Positions 28,198-37,483 of a stretch of 56,801 nucleotides of DNA are shown here, in pieces. Position 1 is the stretch's first letter. Each line of letters starts with the position of its first letter. This DNA is from an uncultured Candidatus Saccharibacteria bacterium (GTDB lineage Bacteria > Patescibacteriota > CAZHWT01): assembly GCA_964554805.1 (NCBI GenBank), contig CAZKPX010000004.1:13638-70438 (forward strand), given 5' to 3'. The translations under genes were made by a program, and so were the position numbers. Under the pieces are notes generated by a model that worked only from the letters and a program-made list of their open reading frames with translations, had not been told where the DNA came from and searched no databases.

Positions 28198-28841
28198 CTA
28201 TTTATTAATCGCATTATATACTGATTGATAGTCACTATACATCTCATCGAATATTTGTTGAGGGGTTTGAGTGGCATCAATTATCATAAATCGTTGAGGA
28301 TCGGCTTGGGCTAACTGCAAATAGCCCTGTTGGACTCATGTAAAGAAGTCCTTTTTTCACTATCTAATCTGTCGGCACTTCGATTATCATCGGCCATCCG
28401 CTGCCAAATCATATCGAGAGGCGCATCAAGTAGATATGTTCGATCGGGCATAAGACCTTCGGTAGCAAATTGGTTAATGGTTTCAACTGATTCCATATCC
28501 AAGCCTCTACCAAACACTTGGTACGCGTAGGTGGAATCTACATAACGATCGGCAATGACTGCAGCACCTTCAGCCAAGCTAGGACGATAGGTTCTATGAA
28601 CTAATTGGGCACGAGCCGCAACCATTAGGAGCGCCTCGGTGCGATAGTCCATCTCTCCATAATCTGGATTTTTGCTTAAAGCTCTAATTTGCTCGCTGAT
28701 TGGAGAGCCGCCTGGCTCGCGGGTGGCAATAAACTTCTGTCCCTCATCAACTAATTTATGACACAGGGTTTTGACGGTAGTGGTTTTGCCCACACCATCA
28801 ACACCTTCAAATGAAATAAATACTCCCCATCTTCTAGCCAT
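28198..28841 (-). pseudogene. tmk: Thymidylate kinase with disrupted C-terminus (frame change at an A6 run plus an in-frame TGA)
   Basis: The intact ORF 28311..28841 carries FISFEGVDGVGKTT and REPGG motifs. The Tmk-like C-terminus (K)DFFT-TGA-VQQGYLQLAQADPQRFMIIDATQ...NK* continues in another frame to the TAG at 28198-28200. Confidence 0.75.
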
Positions 28842-28922
28842 CTATTACCCCTTCTTGTTTTATTCATCATATAAGACAGCTTGCCTATCATCAAGTCAGC
28901 CATTGCTTGCTTGTGCATCGAG

Positions 28923-29387
28923 TCATGTTAAGCCCGGCTCATCCAGGGCGTCGACATAACCACCCGTCGATCCTCGGCCTCCACGAGTCGGCGCTGCAAC
29001 TTGATCAACTTCATTCCAGACTGCTTGGACGACTGGGATAAATATGCCTTGGGCTATCTTGTCGCCACGATTAACTGTGACTTCCTTATCGGTAAAATTA
29101 TAAACTTGGATCCAGATTTCGTCATCAGGACCTCGATAATCTGAGTCTATAATGCCGATGCCGTGAGGAAGCGATAAGCCTTTTTTCTTTGGTGTTGAGG
29201 ACCTGCTAACCACCGCTAGCATATAACCAGCCGGAGTTTCTACAATAACATTGCCAGGAATGAGTGCTATTTCTTGCGGTTGCAAAGCTTTATCTTGCCG
29301 AGCAACAAAGTCAAAGCCAGCCGCCCCTGCTGTTTCATACTTTGGCAATGGTAGATCCTTGTCTACTCTTTTAATATTAATCTGCAT
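28923..29387 (-). CDS. dut: dUTP diphosphatase
   Basis: 154 aa. AGAAGFD, GIIDSDYRG and RGGRGSTG motifs. Confidence 0.92.
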   Translation of the reverse strand: MQINIKRVDKDLPLPKYETAGAAGFDFVARQDKALQPQEIALIPGNVIVETPAGYMLAVVSRSSTPKKKGLSLPHGIGIIDSDYRGPDDEIWIQVYNFTDKEVTVNRGDKIAQGIFIPVVQAVWNEVDQVAAPTRGGRGSTGGYVDALDEPGLT

Positions 29388-29392
29388 ATTTA

Positions 29393-29851
29393 CTAATCCT
29401 TCTGCTTTACTATCTCATGTATTATTTTGCGGTGACTTGGGTGCAGTGTGACCGGGAGCTTGTCTATGTCAAAAAACTTAGCTTCAATTATCTCAATTTG
29501 ATCAAATGCCTGAGGTGTTTGAGAAAAATTTCCCGTAAAATAAACAACTAAACCTCGCTTTTTATTCTGCTGAATATCTACCAAGCTGTCAATGTGAAGG
29601 ATGACCCCTAATTCTTCGTGTATTTCTCGAACAATAGCTTGCTGTGGCGTTTCGTGAGAATTTGCGTGCCCACCAGGCAGTCCCCAGGGGTACTTAGGCC
29701 AGAATCGATGATTTTGTAGCCACACCTGTCCTTGTTTATTGACTACGATGACATTTGCGCCGACGACATACTTGGCGTTCAGCTGAAAAATAAGTGCATT
29801 CTGAATCCAGCCTGGCAACATCTTCCAAGGTGTAGCGAGCCATTTAATCAT
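29393..29851 (-). CDS. NUDIX hydrolase
   Basis: 152 aa. NUDIX box GGHANSHETPQQAIVREIHEELGV. Confidence 0.88.
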   Translation of the reverse strand: MIKWLATPWKMLPGWIQNALIFQLNAKYVVGANVIVVNKQGQVWLQNHRFWPKYPWGLPGGHANSHETPQQAIVREIHEELGVILHIDSLVDIQQNKKRGLVVYFTGNFSQTPQAFDQIEIIEAKFFDIDKLPVTLHPSHRKIIHEIVKQKD

Positions 29852-30030
29852 GCATCGCGCCTAGCTCTCGACCATACCTACTCGTTTCTGGTACGGCCCG
29901 ATCAGCTTGCCTTGTATTATGCTGCAGCTGATTTATCACCTCAACTGTTGCGCTGAACCATTGCTTGGATTTGCTGTATGTATCAGGTAAGATCATGCAG
30001 CAATCATACGTAATACAACTACCTGCGTCA

Positions 30031-30072
30031 ATGAAAAAGACAATAGCACCTAGCAAAAGCTAGGTGCTATTG
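30031..30072 (-). terminator. Rho-independent terminator after the LPXTG gene
   Basis: Perfect 14-bp stem CAATAGCACCTAGC/GCTAGGTGCTATTG, followed on the minus strand by TCTTTTTC. Confidence 0.8.
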
Positions 30073-30102
30073 AATTCTACAGGCTAGAACACTAGGACTG
30101 TC

Positions 30103-30930
30103 TTAGAACCAGCGCTTCTTCGCAATCATTCCACCAATAATTGTCATTAAGGATACAGCCACGGCTGCGCCTGGGCCAGTTGAAGGAAGTTCGGCTGGAG
30201 GGGGAGGAGTTGGAGTTGTTGATACACCGGCCACAGTTGGAGTAGGTGTTGGAACTTCTGCAGTTGGGGTTGGGGTTGGTTTAGTGGGGGTTGGGGTAGG
30301 CTGGGTTGGAGTTGGAGTTGGGGTTGGCTTAGTGGGGGTTGGGGTTGGTTTAGTTGGAGTTGGGGTAGGCTTGGTTGGAGTTGGAGTTGGTTTAGTGGGG
30401 GTTGGGGTAGGCTTTTCTTTGCAGACAGGTAACTTGCCCTGTTGAGAAGCATCGCCTGGGAAATACCATCCATCCAGGAATCGACCTTGGCTGGTATACG
30501 TGGCATTCTTGAAGTTTTCTAAGACGCTGCCCTGATAAAAGTCAACTTGGTAGGTACAATCAGGCACTGCAACGGTATACGTCCAAGTGTATCCGGGCTT
30601 TAAGTCAATGGAGGCATATCGGTATAGTTTTTGGCTCTTCACACTTACAGTGTAATGCTCAAACGCTTTATAAGATGCTATACCTAGCTTATAGATACAA
30701 TCAGAGCTGGTATTTTTTACATCCACTTTATTCATATTCCAAGTGCGCAAGGCGTGCTCAACACCCAAGGTGTAATTGCCGTTGCCATCTTTGGCCTTCA
30801 AGTTAGCCTTCGCTGAGGCTGCATTACAATATTTGGTGGCGGCATTGGCCGCTGGTACGTTAGAGCTCAACATAAAGCTGGAAAAACCAACCAATGCGGC
30901 TATGGCTACAGCTGCTACAGTATTTTTCAT
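30103..30930 (-). CDS. Secreted LPXTG-type cell-wall-anchored protein with a PT-rich stalk
   Basis: Signal peptide, a globular domain with 4 Cys, (K)PTPTPT repeats, then LPSTG plus a hydrophobic segment and the KKRWF tail. Confidence 0.85.
   Translation of the reverse strand: MKNTVAAVAIAALVGFSSFMLSSNVPAANAATKYCNAASAKANLKAKDGNGNYTLGVEHALRTWNMNKVDVKNTSSDCIYKLGIASYKAFEHYTVSVKSQKLYRYASIDLKPGYTWTYTVAVPDCTYQVDFYQGSVLENFKNATYTSQGRFLDGWYFPGDASQQGKLPVCKEKPTPTPTKPTPTPTKPTPTPTKPTPTPTKPTPTPTPTQPTPTPTKPTPTPTAEVPTPTPTVAGVSTTPTPPPPAELPSTGPGAAVAVSLMTIIGGMIAKKRWF
30232..30414 (-). repeat. Tandem 21-nt (7-aa KPTPTPT) coding repeat
   Basis: Plus strand shows GGTTGGGGTTGGTTTAGTGGG-type units repeated about 7 times. 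Translates as KPTPTPTKPTPTPT.... Confidence 0.85.
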
Positions 30931-31054
30931 AGTTCCTCCTAGCCCTCAGCATATAGTATGCCTGCTTGATAATACTATATATTTTACTATGAGTTAGATA
31001 AACTTGTCAATAGCATTGTAAGCAAGCGTGGCCTAGTCTTTAGCTCTCATAACA

Positions 31055-31087
31055 ATAAAAAGTGCACCTTAAGTGCACTTTTTATTG
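31055..31087. terminator. Bidirectional hairpin terminator after the dsbA-like gene
   Basis: AATAAAAAGTGCAC-CTTAA-GTGCACTTTTTATT, a long A/T-flanked stem 16 nt downstream of the stop. Confidence 0.75.
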
Positions 31088-31102
31088 TTCTACTTGATGC
31101 TG

Positions 31103-31786
31103 CTACTCTGATACTGGAGAGGCCGTGACTGATGCTTGTTCCTGCTGTTCGTCCTGGGCCAATAACTGATCAATTTTTTGTTTGAGGGACGCGTATGCCC
31201 AGCTGTCTTGCTTGTCACCGTTGAGATAGAAGGAAGGCGTGCCTGTTACGCCCAATGCCTCTCCATCTCTTTGATCAGCCCGCACTATATCCTGGACTGT
31301 CTGGCTAAAAAGATCATCCGCAAATTTTTGCTCATCAAGACCGAGCTGTTTGGCCATATCTTTGAATTGACTTGTTGGATCGGTTACAGCTGACCAGTCG
31401 CTCTGTGTAACAAAGAGCTGGTCATGCATTTCCCAGAATTTACCTTGTAGTCCAGCAGCTTCGGCAGCTTGAGCCGCTAGTTGTGCATGCTGATGAAATG
31501 ATAATGGGAAGTTGCGATAGACGAACTTGAGTTTGTCACCATATTCTTGCCTCAATTGCTGAACAACTGGCTCAGCCTGACCGCAAGCTGGACACTGGAA
31601 GTCTCCAAATTCAACCAAGGTGACGGATGCGTCGACTGCTCCAGTGTAGTGACTATTGTCGCGGACCAATGCCTCTTCTGGGAGTGGCTTTGTCGATGCT
31701 TGATGTCTGGCGACGGCTATAAGCACTGCTACGATGGCAATAATAATTCCGCCAATAACCAAAACTGTTTTTAATTCTTTGCTCAT
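31103..31786 (-). CDS. DsbA-family thiol:disulfide oxidoreductase, membrane-anchored
   Basis: 227 aa. N-terminal TM and thioredoxin-fold CPAC active site (FGDFQCPACG). Confidence 0.88.
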   Translation of the reverse strand: MSKELKTVLVIGGIIIAIVAVLIAVARHQASTKPLPEEALVRDNSHYTGAVDASVTLVEFGDFQCPACGQAEPVVQQLRQEYGDKLKFVYRNFPLSFHQHAQLAAQAAEAAGLQGKFWEMHDQLFVTQSDWSAVTDPTSQFKDMAKQLGLDEQKFADDLFSQTVQDIVRADQRDGEALGVTGTPSFYLNGDKQDSWAYASLKQKIDQLLAQDEQQEQASVTASPVSE

Positions 31787-32229
31787 GCGTTAACCTTTCT
31801 TTGTATAAGCAGGCAGATAATAATAACGGTAAAGGCAAGCAGGGAAAGGAGAGGGATGGTCAAGAAACCAAGCCACTCAATATATTCAGTAGTGCACGAT
31901 ACGCCAGCTCGGCAGGTAGCATCTGATTCAGCCAAGATTTTGTAATACAGCAGGTTGTGATAAAAGGCTATACCCCAACCAACTAAGGCTATTGGCAAGC
32001 CATACATCCAAGCCTTGGCGTCTTTGGCTAGGATGCCAACAAGCAAAATAGCCACTAATGGGTACATAGCAATACGTTGATACCAGCACAGCATGCAAGG
32101 CAAATATCCTGCAGCCTCTGAGAAGTAGAGGCTGCCAGCAGTGGCTGCCAAGGCAGTGGCCCAGGCTATGTACAAGACATTTTGTCCGAGTAACTGCCCA
32201 GCTTTGGTTTGTAGTAATTGTTGAGTCAT
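31783..32229 (-). CDS. DsbB/BdbC-family disulfide bond formation protein
   Basis: 148 aa with 4 TM segments. CMLCWYQR motif plus a second Cys pair (CRAGVSC). 4-nt overlap with the dsbA-like gene. Confidence 0.85.
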   Translation of the reverse strand: MTQQLLQTKAGQLLGQNVLYIAWATALAATAGSLYFSEAAGYLPCMLCWYQRIAMYPLVAILLVGILAKDAKAWMYGLPIALVGWGIAFYHNLLYYKILAESDATCRAGVSCTTEYIEWLGFLTIPLLSLLAFTVIIICLLIQRKVNA

Positions 32230-32316
32230 AATTGCCCTATAGACCTCGTTTGATATCGGCCAAGCTTTATATAGTATATGATAGACAAGTGATGTAAGAC
32301 CAATCTAAGACATACA

Positions 32317-32343
32317 AATTACCGCCGGTATTCGGCGGTAATT
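32317..32343 (-). terminator. Hairpin directly after ftsZ
   Basis: AATTACCGCC-GGTATTC-GGCGGTAATT, 4 nt downstream of the ftsZ stop. The U-tract is weak. Confidence 0.45.
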
Positions 32344-32347
32344 GGAA

Positions 32348-33541
32348 TTAACGATTTTGGCGCATAAAGGCCGGAATATCAAAATCGTCTTTGTCATCAG
32401 GAGCCTGAGATGGTTGCTGTTGTTGAGGCACAGAGAAGCTACGCGAGGCGTCAGGTTGTTGTGACACAGGAGCTTGCTCCTCATATTCATCATGTTCCTC
32501 AGCTTCTTCTGTATTAACTGGTGCTTCCTCTTCTACAGAGACTTGTCGAGTCTGAAGACTGATTGCTGAAGGACGCATCCGAGAACGATCTTCGTCAAAA
32601 CCAGTAGCAATGACTGTGATCTTCATGGAATCGGTTAGATTTTCGTCAATGGTAGCACCAAAGATGATGTTGGCGTCAGGATCAGCGGCGGCAGCGATGA
32701 TTTGTGCGGCGGCATCTACTTCAGCCATGGCCAGGTCAGCTCCGCCAGTGACGTTGAATAGGACGCCCTTGGCCCCCTGAATCGATACTTCTAGTAGAGG
32801 GCTTTCAATGGCAGCCTTGGCAGCTGTTATGGCTCTGTCTTCGCCAGCACCACGGCCAATACCCATTAAGGCCGACCCCGCATCAGTCATAATAGAGCGA
32901 ACATCGGCAAAGTCGACATTAATTAAGCCAGGCATAACAACTAAATCAGAGATGCCTTGCACGCCTTGTCCCAGAACAGAGTCGGCCACCTTAAAAGCCT
33001 CAAGCATAGAAGTCTTTCGGTCAACGATATCAAGGATTCTCTGGTTTGGAATAGAAATAAGGGTATCAACTGCGTCGCGGAGGTTAGCAATACCCTCTTC
33101 AGCATTGACTCGACGCTTAGCTCCTTCGAAATTGAAGGGTTTGGTAACTACACCAACCGTCAATGCGCCTAGATTTTTGGAAATCTGAGCAATAACAGGA
33201 GCAGCCCCGGTACCGGTACCACCGCCCATACCTGCGGTAATAAAGACCATGTCTGAATCACCAAGATATTCGTGGAGTTTTTCTTGTGATTCTTCGGCAG
33301 CGTGCTGACCAACCTCAGGCACTCCACCAGAGCCTAGGCCTTTGGTAAGTTGCTCACCGATTTGGATTTTGATAGGGGCAGGGGAAGATGCTAGGGCTTG
33401 AGCGTCAGTATTAACTGCAACGAACTCAACACCTTGAATATTTTGCAAATCGATCATGGACTTGAGGGCGTTTCCGCCTCCACCACCAACACCGACTACT
33501 TTAATTTTGGCGAACTTTTCGATCTCTGGTTTAACTAACAT
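32348..33541 (-). CDS. ftsZ: Cell division GTPase FtsZ
   Basis: 397 aa. [20 protein letters not shown] and the C-terminal DIPAFMRQ peptide. Confidence 0.97.
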   Translation of the reverse strand: MLVKPEIEKFAKIKVVGVGGGGGNALKSMIDLQNIQGVEFVAVNTDAQALASSPAPIKIQIGEQLTKGLGSGGVPEVGQHAAEESQEKLHEYLGDSDMVFITAGMGGGTGTGAAPVIAQISKNLGALTVGVVTKPFNFEGAKRRVNAEEGIANLRDAVDTLISIPNQRILDIVDRKTSMLEAFKVADSVLGQGVQGISDLVVMPGLINVDFADVRSIMTDAGSALMGIGRGAGEDRAITAAKAAIESPLLEVSIQGAKGVLFNVTGGADLAMAEVDAAAQIIAAAADPDANIIFGATIDENLTDSMKITVIATGFDEDRSRMRPSAISLQTRQVSVEEEAPVNTEEAEEHDEYEEQAPVSQQPDASRSFSVPQQQQPSQAPDDKDDFDIPAFMRQNR

Positions 33542-33725
33542 GAGGTTATAATTCCTGAAGAGTTATACATTTTTGATAAAACAATGGTAACACAGTATCG
33601 CATATCTCGCTACAGGATACTGTGAATAGCAGCGTCATGTATCTTGTCATACGCGCAGCAGCCTTACCGCCATGTATGATACCACGGATAGTCTGATTGT
33701 ACACTACCTAAATGAAGGGGCAAAG

Positions 33726-35066
33726 CTACCAGTAAACCGATGACCAGTTGAGACTTACACTGGAGAAGTGCGACTTGACCGGATCTGACCAGTTTGGACT
33801 GACAATATGCAGCTTAACGGCTGAAACATCTATCATAGCTAACTGTCCGGTAGATACTCGCCACGCACCTTGCTGGTAGCCTTTGGCGAAAACTGGTACT
33901 TGCTGCTGCTGAATATCCCAGCCTCCCCACAACCATTGGCCATCTACTGATAAACCTGTAAATCCTATTCGATAATCGGAGAGCCACACTAACTGACTAA
34001 GTGCTACTTGCTTTAACCATAACAGATCTGTTTTATATGGTATCTGGGTTAAAGACTGGTTATTGAGGTCAATATAGGCTAGGCCATGCTGATCTATGAT
34101 AGCTAGTTTTTGCTGATCAGGGGATAAAGCCATGTCAAAGGACTGGTAGGCAGCTACTGTTGATTCTTGTAGTAGGATGGGCCTGACTTCGGTAATTTCA
34201 TTGGACCTTAAGGATAATTTGGTTAGTATCTGCGCCGACTGGTTGTCAATTGATTTTGTTTTGACAAAAAATAGAGACTGTGACTGAGCCTGCCAAATCA
34301 GAGGGGCTTGGAGCTGTTGGTCAACTGAAGTGATCCCGGCCATAGCTAGCGGCTGAGCGGACTGACTGTCCAGATTATATATTTGAATAGAGGAATTGAG
34401 GACTGCTAAGCGGTTGTTGTCTAGCCAAACCAAGGCTTTGGCAATATTTTTAACCTCCAGATTGGTGTCGAGTCTGCGTTGGTTTGTTACATCAATTATC
34501 GTTAGGCGACCAAAGGGAAAGGCCTGTGGGGAAATGTCCGAGCTTAATCCTAATGACTGAGCGTATCCAGCAGGATTGTCGGTTAGAGCCTTGGCTTCTG
34601 AGTCGGTCAGATAGAGGGCTGCAATTTTAGTCTTATCCGGAGACCAATAGATTTGCGAAATAGGGCCATACCAAGGGTTGTCGGCTTCCAATATGGTTTT
34701 ATGCTGACCAGTTTGGGGATTGAGTAGCAGCATCGATCCATGCTTCACGCCTACCAACCAATCTTGATAATTTGTCGCCTGCTGCAATAGGCTGCCGAAT
34801 GTTGCACTAGCAACTTGCGGTGTAGGCTGTGCCTCAAATTGAGTCTTGGGAGGCTCAAGCTTGGTGCTGATAGTGTTGGATTGGCTTACTAAGACATAGC
34901 TACCAACAGCCGCCAGACCTAGCAATACCAGTAGCACTCCAGCAATAACTAGTGGCTTCTTCAAGCCTCTTTTGTTCGGGATAGTGGCAAAAATGCTGGC
35001 TGCTTGATGAGGGGCAGGCTGCCCTTTTGGAGTGTCTTGTTCGGTTACTTGGGATGAAAAATACAT
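33726..35066 (-). CDS. Bitopic membrane protein with an extracytoplasmic beta-propeller-like (PD40/TolB-like) domain
   Basis: 446 aa. Short cytoplasmic N-terminus and one TM (PLVIAGVLLVLLGLAAVGSYVLV). Beta-rich domain with WSPDKTKIA and SPDQQKLA repeats. Confidence 0.6.
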   Translation of the reverse strand: MYFSSQVTEQDTPKGQPAPHQAASIFATIPNKRGLKKPLVIAGVLLVLLGLAAVGSYVLVSQSNTISTKLEPPKTQFEAQPTPQVASATFGSLLQQATNYQDWLVGVKHGSMLLLNPQTGQHKTILEADNPWYGPISQIYWSPDKTKIAALYLTDSEAKALTDNPAGYAQSLGLSSDISPQAFPFGRLTIIDVTNQRRLDTNLEVKNIAKALVWLDNNRLAVLNSSIQIYNLDSQSAQPLAMAGITSVDQQLQAPLIWQAQSQSLFFVKTKSIDNQSAQILTKLSLRSNEITEVRPILLQESTVAAYQSFDMALSPDQQKLAIIDQHGLAYIDLNNQSLTQIPYKTDLLWLKQVALSQLVWLSDYRIGFTGLSVDGQWLWGGWDIQQQQVPVFAKGYQQGAWRVSTGQLAMIDVSAVKLHIVSPNWSDPVKSHFSSVSLNWSSVYW

Positions 35067-35100
35067 GTTGAACCATGGCTGTAGTCATGGTCGGTCATGG

Positions 35101-36405
35101 CTAAGGCATAAAGTTTTTAAGCCAGCCCAACAGACCATCGCCCACCTTAGAGATATTGCCTAGACCACCAAAATTGGCTCGTCGTCGGGATTCGCCGCCT
35201 ACCTTGGCACCATAAATAATAGTCCCCACTGAGGCAGCATAGGCTGGAGAGATGACTTCTTCTATCAAGCCCGACACGCCTTTAGGTTGAGCAACTCTGA
35301 CCGGCACGCGAAGGCTATCCTTAATCGTCTCGGACATGCCAACAGTATTAGCTGCGCCACCACAAATTACCACTCCGGCTGGTAACAATCCTGCATAACC
35401 ACTCTTTTTGATTTCCAGCGCCACCAAATCAAAGATTTCTCGGAGTCGTGGTTTAATCACCCCTTCGACAACAAATTTTTTGGAAATAGTTTTTAGCTCT
35501 CCAATATGAAGCTCACTAATATCAAGCGCATCTTCCCGCTGCGCTTCTTCTCTCAGGGAACGCAACGGCTTATCTGTCGCATCTGACTTAGCAGCAGGTC
35601 GGGCTGCTGGCTCTCGATAGCTTGACACAAATAGCTTAATCTTTTCAGCGTCTTCGAGCGAAACTCTCAGACCAATTGCTATGTCGTTGGTGATGTTTTT
35701 CCCACCGACAGGCAATACGGCTGAATATGCCACTGCTCCGTCAAGATATAAGGCCAGATTAGTTGTCCCACCACCAATATCAAGCAAGACGACACCGAGC
35801 TCCTTTTCGGTGTCACTCAGGGTTGACTCGGCGCTGGCCAAACCGGCAAATACTAGTTCGCTGACTTCTACTCCAACCTGCTGGACGCAGCGAACAAGGT
35901 TGCGCATCGTCATAGCTGCACCTGATATGATGTGTGTCTCGACTTCTAGCCGCACACCGCTCATGCCGGCTGGATCATGGACACCTTCTTGTGTATCAAC
36001 AATAAAGTTTTTTGGGACAACATGAATAATTTCTCTGGAAGAAGGGATCGATATGGCACGGGCAGCTTCGGTAACGCGAGCAATGTCGTTATGACTAATC
36101 TCACCATCGGGAGATGAAATAGCCACCACGCCATGCGAGTTGAGGGAGGTGATATGGTTTCCATTAACTGTAACAAAGGCCGATGAAACCGTGTAGCCAG
36201 CCATGCGCTCAGCCCCTTCAAGAGATTCGGCTATCGCTTCGACGGCCTGATCAATATCAACTACAACCCCTTTTTTTATGCCTTTTGAAGCTACAGTTGA
36301 TACACCGATGATTGATAATAAGCCATCAACTCCTTGAGAAGCGATAATAGTGCAAACCTTGGAGGAGCCAATATCAATACCGGAGATAATTCGATCTTTT
36401 GCCAT
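35101..36405 (-). CDS. ftsA: Cell division protein FtsA
   Basis: 434 aa. Actin-fold motifs GIDIGSSKV, LDIGGGTT and CGGAANT. Confidence 0.95.
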   Translation of the reverse strand: MAKDRIISGIDIGSSKVCTIIASQGVDGLLSIIGVSTVASKGIKKGVVVDIDQAVEAIAESLEGAERMAGYTVSSAFVTVNGNHITSLNSHGVVAISSPDGEISHNDIARVTEAARAISIPSSREIIHVVPKNFIVDTQEGVHDPAGMSGVRLEVETHIISGAAMTMRNLVRCVQQVGVEVSELVFAGLASAESTLSDTEKELGVVLLDIGGGTTNLALYLDGAVAYSAVLPVGGKNITNDIAIGLRVSLEDAEKIKLFVSSYREPAARPAAKSDATDKPLRSLREEAQREDALDISELHIGELKTISKKFVVEGVIKPRLREIFDLVALEIKKSGYAGLLPAGVVICGGAANTVGMSETIKDSLRVPVRVAQPKGVSGLIEEVISPAYAASVGTIIYGAKVGGESRRRANFGGLGNISKVGDGLLGWLKNFMP

Positions 36406-36632
36406 AATTTATAAATAGAGCGCCAAGGATAATAACCGATACCAGAAAACTATATGTTTTACATATCAATCATCAGGCAAGCGAGCGAGAGGTGCTACGA
36501 TGAATAGAATACAATGTTGTGTTTGCTTCAGTCAAGAGTAAAAATGGTTTTAGGCCTTATTATGCTTGCTTGATATTTTGATCTACTATTGGACACAAGA
36601 TGTAGTATCTTTAAAATTTCTCCAGCACAATT

Positions 36633-37460
36633 CTAATATTGCAACACTGGTCTATCAAACCTCAAATCAACAACTTTTGGAGTTTTTTGCTGCTCTTTGA
36701 AGGTTTGCAGCAGGTCAATAATTGTAAGGACCACTTGATCGGCTGGCAGCTGGAGTCCTACTAATATTTTTGGGTCCTTATCAAGTAGTACGTCTAGCTG
36801 TTGATTATTTAGAGTAATAGAAGCTAGCCCTGGTTCAATTTGCCTTAGCCCGGTAATGAGATGCAGCGCTACATCAACGCCCTGTGCAGGAATCGTGTCG
36901 CCGACTTTGAGATTGGCGTTCTGGGTTACAATTTGAGGCAAGTTATGTGATGGCTTGTCTGAGAATATTAACCCTTTTTGATTGACCAGAAAGCGGCCTT
37001 GTGGCGCGACAATTTGGGCCAATGCAATATGAGGCTGGAATTGCACCTTAAGCGTGCTGGGGTACTCTTTTACTACATATACGGCGGCTATTCCGGCAAG
37101 CTTTTGCGTTAGATCTTGGTTTAATTTAGACTCATTAAGCAGGACCAATGACTGACCTTGATAGGCCTGCAGGGTTTGGCTAACCTGACTTTCGGTAACC
37201 ACTTCGGGGTCAACCATGACAAGCTGAGTCGCTTGAATGTGCCTGACGACCAACCAGCTGGTATTTACCAGTTGCCATATTGCGACAAGGATACCAATGC
37301 CTATTAGACTCGAGATTAGGATCAGGACTAGCTTGTGACGAGCTGCCCATGAACTACTTGGTTGGTTGTAAGTAGGCACCCGAGCGCTGACGGCTCCCTG
37401 TCTGGGATTGACTGACTGTGGTTGAAGCGGGTTGGTGCGGCGACGTTTAAACATGGGCAA
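36633..37460 (-). CDS. ftsQ: FtsQ/DivIB-like cell division protein (TM plus POTRA)
   Basis: 275 aa. Basic N-terminus, one TM, POTRA-like region. Sits in the position between murG and ftsA. Confidence 0.75.
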   Translation of the reverse strand: MPMFKRRRTNPLQPQSVNPRQGAVSARVPTYNQPSSSWAARHKLVLILISSLIGIGILVAIWQLVNTSWLVVRHIQATQLVMVDPEVVTESQVSQTLQAYQGQSLVLLNESKLNQDLTQKLAGIAAVYVVKEYPSTLKVQFQPHIALAQIVAPQGRFLVNQKGLIFSDKPSHNLPQIVTQNANLKVGDTIPAQGVDVALHLITGLRQIEPGLASITLNNQQLDVLLDKDPKILVGLQLPADQVVLTIIDLLQTFKEQQKTPKVVDLRFDRPVLQY

Positions 37461-37483
37461 GCATTATATGAAACTGGACAGCT

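Noticed and set aside
28336-28338. In-frame TGA in the tmk C-terminal frame as evidence for UGA recoding (genetic code 4 or 25).
   Set aside because: TGA acts as a normal stop elsewhere in the window: at 13483-13485, at 17228-17230 (ATGA overlap with the next gene) and at 40002-40004 (GTGA overlap). All long housekeeping ORFs are uninterrupted under the standard code.
29844-30056. ORF 29844..30056 (70 aa) between the NUDIX and LPXTG genes.
   Set aside because: It overlaps the NUDIX start and runs through the LPXTG terminator hairpin. It has no RBS or family resemblance and is likely spurious.
30147-30506. ORF 30147..30506 (119 aa, Pro/Gln/Leu-rich).
   Set aside because: It is an alternative frame through the PT tandem repeat of the LPXTG gene. 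The other frame has a signal peptide, a globular domain and a sorting signal.
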